This document shows, one piece after another, positions 57,913 to 64,000 of a stretch of 64,000 nucleotides of DNA. The translations under genes and the position numbers were made by a program. Origin of the DNA: Nitrospira sp. (lineage in GTDB: Bacteria; Nitrospirota; Nitrospiria; Nitrospirales; Nitrospiraceae). The stretch covers positions 122,500 to 186,499 of the forward strand of contig JAXLZJ010000011.1 of the NCBI GenBank assembly GCA_046350995.1, written 5' to 3'. The first letter of the stretch is position 1, and each line of letters begins with the position of its first letter. The notes under the pieces were generated by a model, which did no database searches, was not told the DNA's origin, and saw nothing but the letters and a program-made list of their open reading frames with translations.

Positions 57913-58769
57913 GCATGGGCAGCATGTCGAAGGGCTTGCAAAGGCCCATCCGGACAACCGGATGGGCCTTTCCTTTACCAATACACTGGCCGTCGGGCTC
58001 CGGCCTCGCTGGCATAGGCTTTTCTGTTGTGTGGGTCGTCCTCACGATCATCTGCCTTGATTTTGCTGGTCATCCATCATTCGCCCAGCATCACGATTCC
58101 GAACAGCATGCAGTGCCGATGTCGGTGGACGATCATGGGCATGGCCATCACGGCCAGTCGGATTCCACCGGCTGGGAAGGGTCGAAGGAAGGGGTGGCCT
58201 ATTCGGAATTCAACCATCACCTCGCGGGACTGTTCGTTCTCCTAATCGGATTGTCAGAATTGGCCCAGGCGTTGCGGTCGGCTTCTATCGGATGGGCGCG
58301 GATGCTTTTGCCGGCGGCGCTGTTGGGGACAGCCGGATTTCTTCTCATTTGGAGTGACCACGAGGCTTGGCCGATCGGACCCATGACGTTTTCAGACACC
58401 TTCTTCGGTTCGGACCATGAGATTGTCCAACACAAGCTCTACGGTCTTCTGGCATTGCTGGTCGGGACGATCGAGATTCTCCGTCGTCTTGAATGTCTGT
58501 CCCATGTTGCCTGGATGATTCCGCTGCCGCTTTTTGCCATGCTCGGCGGGGCGATGTTGTTCGGTCATTCTCACGGGGCCCATCCGTCGGCTGAGAAGAT
58601 CGCTCTGCATCACGCGGTGATGGGGACGCTCGCCCTGTCCGCCGGTTCCAGCCGACTGGTGTCGGGGTGGACTCCGTCGTTTCTGGGCCTCTCCCGTCTC
58701 AGGTGGGAAATGATCTGGGCCGGACTTATCTTCCTCATCGGAATCCAGCTGCTGTTTTATTCCGAGTAG
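57909..58769 (+). CDS. His-rich polytopic membrane protein
   Basis: ATGA overlap; periplasmic HHD...HGHGHH; TM-associated His (NHHLAG, QHKLYG, HSH, LHHAVMG). Confidence 0.7.
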   Translation: MSMGSMSKGLQRPIRTTGWAFPLPIHWPSGSGLAGIGFSVVWVVLTIICLDFAGHPSFAQHHDSEQHAVPMSVDDHGHGHHGQSDSTGWEGSKEGVAYSEFNHHLAGLFVLLIGLSELAQALRSASIGWARMLLPAALLGTAGFLLIWSDHEAWPIGPMTFSDTFFGSDHEIVQHKLYGLLALLVGTIEILRRLECLSHVAWMIPLPLFAMLGGAMLFGHSHGAHPSAEKIALHHAVMGTLALSAGSSRLVSGWTPSFLGLSRLRWEMIWAGLIFLIGIQLLFYSE

Positions 58770-58906
58770 CACCGGCTCTCCCCCACGTCTTCCGATTGAT
58801 TGACTCCTTTCCGAGCCCTGTGCTACGTCTACGTCTCTATGCGAGTGAGCGCTGGTTGGTGGTCTCTAATCAGCCAGAATCATGCTGACTTAGAGGAGGA
58901 GTCGTT

Positions 58907-59662
58907 ATGGGTGGACATAGTCACTGGGCGACAATCAAGCGCCATAAGGGGGCGCAGGACGCCAAGCGCGGGAAAATTTTCACCCGCATCATCCGAGAGC
59001 TGACCATTGCGTCTCGATCCGGTGGAGATCCCGCCGGCAATCCCCGCCTGCGGTTGGCCATCGCCAAGGCCAAAGAAGCCAATATGCCTGGCGATACGAT
59101 GAAGAAAGCCATCCAGCGTGGTACGGGCGAATTGCCCGGTGTGACCTACGAAGAGTTTACGCTCGAAGGCTACGGCCCCGGCGGGACCGCATTGCTCCTC
59201 GAGATCACAAGCGACAACCGCAACCGCACCGTTGCGGAAATCCGGAGCCTCTTTACCAAGAATAACGGCAACATGGCGGAAGCCGGAGCCGTGGCGTGGC
59301 AGTTCCATAAGAAAGGGCTGATCACGATTGAAAAAGGCAAGGTGGACGAGGATACCTTGCTCAGCCTCGCACTAGACGCCGGTGCTGAAGACGTCAAAGT
59401 CGGGGACAAGTTGTTCGAAGTCGTGACCGACCCGCACGATTTCGAGGCTGTTAAGAAGGCATTGACGGATGCGAAGATCGACTCCGCCAGCGCGGAAATC
59501 ACCTTCATCCCGCAAAATACGATTCGTCTTGAAGAAAAAGCCGCCGAGCAGATGCTGAGGCTCATGGAAGTCATGGATGAGCACGACGACGTCCAGAAAG
59601 TTCATGCCAACTTCGACATCTCCGACGAGGTCATGGAAAAAGTAGCGGCCGCAGCCGGGTGA
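58907..59662 (+). CDS. yebC: YebC/PmpR family protein
   Basis: MGGHSHWATIK, NPRLR.AI..AK..NMP, YEGYGPGG-like, DDVQ.V..N. Confidence 0.97.
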   Translation: MGGHSHWATIKRHKGAQDAKRGKIFTRIIRELTIASRSGGDPAGNPRLRLAIAKAKEANMPGDTMKKAIQRGTGELPGVTYEEFTLEGYGPGGTALLLEITSDNRNRTVAEIRSLFTKNNGNMAEAGAVAWQFHKKGLITIEKGKVDEDTLLSLALDAGAEDVKVGDKLFEVVTDPHDFEAVKKALTDAKIDSASAEITFIPQNTIRLEEKAAEQMLRLMEVMDEHDDVQKVHANFDISDEVMEKVAAAAG

Positions 59663-59711
59663 ACGGCTGGCCCGCCGGCCAAGCGAATCCACTCGCGAGT
59701 GACTCAGACGG

Positions 59712-60320
59712 ATGATCGCCTTCTTGACGGGTCGTCTTGCCTTCAAATCGCCTACGCACCTGACGCTGGATGTCCAGGGCGTCGGGTACGAAGTCCACAT
59801 TCCGCTCAGCACCTATTACGGGCTGCCGAATCTCGACGAAGCCACTGCCCTCAACATTCATACGCATCTTCGGGAGGATGCGATCCAGCTGTTCGGCTTT
59901 CTCTCGCAGATGGAGAAGGATGCCTTTCTGCTGTTGATTACCGTGTCGGGCATCGGGCCCAAGCTGGCGCTCGGGGTACTGTCAGGTCTGCCTCTGACGG
60001 AACTGGCTCAAGCCATTCGGAGTGAGGACGTCGACAAACTGGCGACCATTCCCGGGATTGGCAAGAAGACGGCTGCGAGGATCGCGTTGGAGCTAAAAGA
60101 TAAGGTGGCGAAGCTGCAACTCGGGCCGAGTGCGGCGGCGGTGGACGAAGCGTCCGTGCCGGACGGCCCCTTCGACGACGCGTTGTCGGCGTTGGTCAAT
60201 CTCGGCTATAAAGCGCAGGATGTGAAGGATGCATTGAAGCGTGTGTCCCGGTCGGTTGATAAACAAGTAGGACTCACGGAGCTGATTCGAGAAGGGCTCA
60301 AAGAGCTCGCAAGGGGGTAA
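59712..60320 (+). CDS. ruvA: Holliday junction branch migration protein RuvA
   Basis: GVGYEV, REDAIQLFGF, VSGIGPK.AL, PGIGKKTA.RI..EL. Confidence 0.97.
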   Translation: MIAFLTGRLAFKSPTHLTLDVQGVGYEVHIPLSTYYGLPNLDEATALNIHTHLREDAIQLFGFLSQMEKDAFLLLITVSGIGPKLALGVLSGLPLTELAQAIRSEDVDKLATIPGIGKKTAARIALELKDKVAKLQLGPSAAAVDEASVPDGPFDDALSALVNLGYKAQDVKDALKRVSRSVDKQVGLTELIREGLKELARG

Positions 60321-60322
60321 TC

Positions 60323-60787
60323 ATGCCGATAGGGTTCATTCTCAGCGCCCTGATCGCGAGTCTTCTGACCGGTCTTCCGCCGGCCGCTCGCGGGCAAGAG
60401 GGTGGCGAGCAGAAGAGTATTCGCATGAGCTGCGGGAGTTGTCCTGACGGCTATGCTATGACCGGATCTACCCAAGCCCCTTCCGTTTGCAAGGACGGCG
60501 ATCCCACCCTGGTCCAGTGCGTTCCGCTCGGCGCCAACTTGTTGCCTGTGTGTGGCTCGTGTCCGGAAGGCTACAACGAAGTGGGAAGTTCCTCCGTCCC
60601 GGCCCGGTGCGGGAGCAAAGACGGCGGACGTCTGGCGCAGTGTCAACTGTCTCAAATGGGAAGCAGCCTTCCCGATCCGACCCAAGGGATGAAAACCTGC
60701 CCGCCGGATTGCGGCACCGCGGCGAAGCCTGGGCAAGGTGCGCTGCCGCCTCCGCCGCGGTTTCAACAACAGACTGAGCCCAAGTAA
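60323..60787 (+). CDS. Secreted Cys-rich protein with two CGSCP(D/E)GY repeats
   Basis: Signal peptide; 10 Cys; internal duplication; fills the ruvA-ruvB gap. Confidence 0.7.
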   Translation: MPIGFILSALIASLLTGLPPAARGQEGGEQKSIRMSCGSCPDGYAMTGSTQAPSVCKDGDPTLVQCVPLGANLLPVCGSCPEGYNEVGSSSVPARCGSKDGGRLAQCQLSQMGSSLPDPTQGMKTCPPDCGTAAKPGQGALPPPPRFQQQTEPK

Positions 60788-60806
60788 CGCGATCTCGGGA
60801 ACCACG

Positions 60807-61811
60807 ATGGCGGACCGATTGCTCACACAGCGAACGACCGAAGATGAGCGGAGCCTGGAAAATGTGCTCCGTCCGCAATCATTCGACGATTACGTCGGAC
60901 AGGAGCGGATGAAAGAGTCGCTTCGCGTCTGCATCGATGCGGCTCTGCAGCGAGGCGAGGCCCTCGACCACACGATTTTTTATGGCCCGCCGGGACTTGG
61001 GAAAACGACGATCGCGCATATCATCGCCAAGGAAATGGGCGCGTCGCTGCGGTCGACCTCCGGTTTGGTCTTGACCCACGCGGGCGATCTGGCGGCGATC
61101 CTGACTAATCTGCAAGAGCACGACGTCCTGTTCATCGATGAAATCCACCGGTTGCCTGCGTCGGTTGAAGAAGCGCTCTATCCGGCGATGGAGGATTACC
61201 AACTCGATCTGGTCGTCGGCCAGGGGCCGGCCGCGAGAACCGTTAAGCTGGATTTGCCGCGATTCACCCTGGTAGGGGCAACGACCAAAGCGGGTGCGCT
61301 GACTTCACCGTTGCGCGATCGGTTCGGGCTGGTCTATCGGTTGGAGTTCTACTCGCCGGGCGATCTTGAGCGGATCGTAATCCGCTCAGCCGGTATGTTG
61401 GGCATCACGATAGACCCGGATGGGGCGGCGGAGATTGCGCGGCGTGCCCGAGGAACCCCGCGCATTGTCAATCGATTGATCCGGCGGGTCCGCGATTATG
61501 CCCAGATCAAAGCCGCCGGACACATTACCAAACGGGTTGCGTGCGACGCCCTCGCCTGGTTGGGGGTCGACAGTGCCGGATTCGATGAGATGGACCGGAA
61601 GATTCTGCTGACCATCATCGAAAAGTTCAACGGCGGCCCGGTCGGTGTCGAATCGCTCGCCGCCGCCGTCCAGGAAGACCGCAGTACGCTCGAAGACGTG
61701 CACGAGCCCTATCTGATTCAAGCCGGGTATCTCGATCGAACTGGACGAGGGCGCCAGGCTACCAAGCTCGCCTTCGACCATTTCAGCAAGCCGTCCGGTC
61801 TCCTGCTCTAA
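60807..61811 (+). CDS. ruvB: Holliday junction branch migration ATPase RuvB
   Basis: [33 protein letters not shown]. Confidence 0.98.
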   Translation: MADRLLTQRTTEDERSLENVLRPQSFDDYVGQERMKESLRVCIDAALQRGEALDHTIFYGPPGLGKTTIAHIIAKEMGASLRSTSGLVLTHAGDLAAILTNLQEHDVLFIDEIHRLPASVEEALYPAMEDYQLDLVVGQGPAARTVKLDLPRFTLVGATTKAGALTSPLRDRFGLVYRLEFYSPGDLERIVIRSAGMLGITIDPDGAAEIARRARGTPRIVNRLIRRVRDYAQIKAAGHITKRVACDALAWLGVDSAGFDEMDRKILLTIIEKFNGGPVGVESLAAAVQEDRSTLEDVHEPYLIQAGYLDRTGRGRQATKLAFDHFSKPSGLLL

Positions 61812-61966
61812 CGCGCGCGTTGCCTCGGGTGCGTTTTGCAGAACCTCCTGAAACATCAGGAGTATCCTTGCATTGCTTTCGCCCATTCCTGTAAGATCCT
61901 CCACTTGGCCAAAGGGTGTCAGCCAGCCCAATTAGGCTGGGACAATCGTGCTGGTCCGGGGAGCAT

Positions 61967-63043
61967 ATGGCGAAGGATCTCTCGGATTATCGTAAGGAAA
62001 TCGACCGGATTGATGACGAAATTCTCCGTCTGCTCAACGAGCGGTCGAAGAGCGTCATTGAGATCGGCAGGATCAAGAAACAGCAGGATGCCGACGCCAA
62101 TCTCCACACGCCGGCGCGTGAAGCGGCGATCATTGAGCGGCTGGTGGGTCAGAACTCCGGGCCGTTTCCGTCCGAGGCGATTCGTCCGGTCTATCGGGAG
62201 ATCATGTCGGCCTCCCTTTCGCTGGAAGGGCCGCAGAAAGTCGCCTATCTAGGCCCCCGCGCGACTTTTACCCATATGGCCTGCATGCAGAAGTTCGGTT
62301 CATCCGCGCAGTACATTCCGGTCAACAGCATCAAGGAAGTCTTCAACGAGGTGGAACGGGGCCGGGCGAATTTCGGTGTGGTTCCGATCGAAAATACGAC
62401 CGAGGGGGTTGTCAATCATACCCTTGACATGTTCGTCGATTCGAATCTGGTGATATATGGCGAAGTACTTCAAGAAGTATCGCACCATCTGATGTCAAAG
62501 TCCGGCGTCTCCGAAGATGTCAAGAAGATCTATTCCCATCAGCAAGCGATCGCGCAGTGTCGGAATTGGATCGAGACGCACATGCCCCATGTCCCGGTGT
62601 CCGAAGTGGCCAGCACGGCTCGTGCGGCGGAACTCTGTCAGGAGGACGGCTCCATCGCCGCCATCGCGTCGGAACTCGCCGCCCAGCTGTACGGCTTGAA
62701 GGTCATCAAGGCACGGATCGAAGACAATTTAAACAACTTTACCCGCTTCCTCGTCCTGTCGCAGAAGCCGCCGCAGCGGACCGGGAAAGACAAGACCTCT
62801 CTGATGCTGTCGATCAAGGACAAGGTGGGTGCGCTGTATGATCTGTTGCGTCCGTTCGCGTCGCACGGGATCAGCATGACCAAGATCGAGTCGCGTCCGT
62901 CCCGCCGCAAAGCGTGGGAATACATCTTTTTCGTCGACGTAGAAGGGCACATGGAAGAAGAGCGCGTGAGCAAGGCGATCGAAGAAATCAAAGGCCGGTG
63001 TCTGTTCATGAAGATTCTTGGCTCGTATCCGGCACACAGCTGA
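61967..63043 (+). CDS. pheA: Chorismate mutase / prephenate dehydratase (P-protein)
   Basis: R..IDRID..I, YLGP..TFT, PIENTTEG, NFTRF, TKIESRP; upstream TTGCAT-N18-TAAGAT. Confidence 0.96.
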   Translation: MAKDLSDYRKEIDRIDDEILRLLNERSKSVIEIGRIKKQQDADANLHTPAREAAIIERLVGQNSGPFPSEAIRPVYREIMSASLSLEGPQKVAYLGPRATFTHMACMQKFGSSAQYIPVNSIKEVFNEVERGRANFGVVPIENTTEGVVNHTLDMFVDSNLVIYGEVLQEVSHHLMSKSGVSEDVKKIYSHQQAIAQCRNWIETHMPHVPVSEVASTARAAELCQEDGSIAAIASELAAQLYGLKVIKARIEDNLNNFTRFLVLSQKPPQRTGKDKTSLMLSIKDKVGALYDLLRPFASHGISMTKIESRPSRRKAWEYIFFVDVEGHMEEERVSKAIEEIKGRCLFMKILGSYPAHS

Positions 63044-63047
63044 CACC

Positions 63048-64000
63048 ATGGCGCTACACATTCATCCCGACATCGCGTCCCTCAGCCCGTACGTTCCGGG
63101 GAAGCCGATTGAGGAGCTACAGCGGGAGCTCGGCCTCAGCCGGGTCATCAAGCTGGCCTCCAATGAAAACCCCCTGGGTCCCTCTCCGAAGGCGCTGGCG
63201 GCGCTGGCTGGCGGCCTCGATCAGTTGCACCGTTATCCGGACGGCGGCGCGTTCCGTCTTCGTCAGGCGCTCGCCGATCGGTGGAAGGTGACGATTGATC
63301 ACGTCATTTTGGGGAATGGGTCGGACGAAATCCTCGGCCTGCTCGCCAGGACCTTTCTGGCGCCCGGTGACGAAGCGGTCATGGCCGATCACACCTTCGT
63401 CATCTACAAGATGGAAGTGACCGCGGCACACGGCAGACCCGTCATCGTTCCGCTGGTCAACTGGACTCACGACCTCGACGGCATGGCGAACGCGATCACG
63501 GCGAAAACTCGGCTGGTCTTTCTCTGCAACCCGAACAATCCAACCGGCACGACTGTTCCGGCGGACGCGGTGGAACGGTTCATGGTACGGGTACCGGACC
63601 ACGTCATCGTGGTCTTCGACGAGGCCTACTACGAATACGTCCGTGAGGCGAGTTTCCCCGACAGCCTGGCCTACGTGAAGCAGGGGCGGAATGCGATTGT
63701 GCTGCGCACGTTTTCGAAGATCTATGGATTGGCAGGCCTGAGGATCGGATATGGCATCACGACCCCGGAAATCACGACCGCGCTCAATCGGGTGCGGCCG
63801 CCTTTCAATGCGAACACGCTCGCCCAACGGGCAGCGCTCGCGGCCCTCCAGGACGATGAGCACGTGGCCAGGAGCCGGGCCGTGAATGAAGCGGGGATGC
63901 GGCAGATTGAACAAGGGTTGCGGGCGCTCGGGTTTACAGCGATCCCCAGCCAGGCGAATTTTGTGTATTTCGATGTGAAGCGGGACGGTCGTCGGGTCTT
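63048..64000 (+). CDS. hisC: Histidinol-phosphate aminotransferase (3'-partial; not in ORF track)
   Basis: Manual translation MALHIHPDIASLSPYVPGKP...KLASNENPLG...CNPNNPTG...DEAYYEY...RTFSKIYGLAGLRIGY. Confidence 0.95.
   Translation, partial: MALHIHPDIASLSPYVPGKPIEELQRELGLSRVIKLASNENPLGPSPKALAALAGGLDQLHRYPDGGAFRLRQALADRWKVTIDHVILGNGSDEILGLLARTFLAPGDEAVMADHTFVIYKMEVTAAHGRPVIVPLVNWTHDLDGMANAITAKTRLVFLCNPNNPTGTTVPADAVERFMVRVPDHVIVVFDEAYYEYVREASFPDSLAYVKQGRNAIVLRTFSKIYGLAGLRIGYGITTPEITTALNRVRPPFNANTLAQRAALAALQDDEHVARSRAVNEAGMRQIEQGLRALGFTAIPSQANFVYFDVKRDGRRV

Noticed and set aside
61923-61940. CCAGCC-N6-GGCTGG hairpin as a pheA attenuator
   Set aside because: No Phe-rich leader peptide, U-tract or alternative structure seen

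Overview
GC-rich bacterial chromosomal segment, mostly core genes. It resembles Nitrospira/Nitrospirota from remembered gene content; this is inference and needs a database check. Contents in order: degP (3' end), purU, rimO, gamma-CA-like gene, trmFO-xerC-hslV-hslU-argB-M28 peptidase-orphan, tRNA-Val(CAC), two lipoproteins, dksA, tRNA-Ser-ffs-dnaX-ybaB-recR, asmA-mscS, F1-only atpHAGDC, PilZ, rluD, GNAT, an outer-membrane beta-barrel, a Zn/Mn ABC transporter, anmK, an accessory-looking stretch (~33.2-37.3 kb), tRNA-fMet/fmt-rsmB-rpe-pheS-pheT, tRNA-Val(GAC)-thrS-infC-rpmI-rplT, hup, a Fis-like gene, a sulfate-assimilation operon, an mrp unit, yebC-ruvA-(Cys-rich gene)-ruvB, pheA and partial hisC. 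No CRISPR array, prophage, transposase or rRNA was seen. Best candidates for novelty: (1) the Rrf2-sir-cysH-ybiB-like-cysD-cysNC operon, whose sulfite reductase keeps Cys ligand motifs in both repeats and is fused to a degenerate HEPN and a TusA-like domain; (2) the adjacent Mrp + Zn-ribbon/PCP_red x2 + His-rich membrane protein unit; (3) an archaeal/eukaryotic-type PheRS lying convergent to rplT; (4) recurrent 18-bp-spacer sigma70 promoters, several apparently leaderless, including one at an initiator tRNA with U1:A72; (5) a 59-aa Zn-ribbon sORF missing from the ORF track. All calls are by eye; no searches were run.
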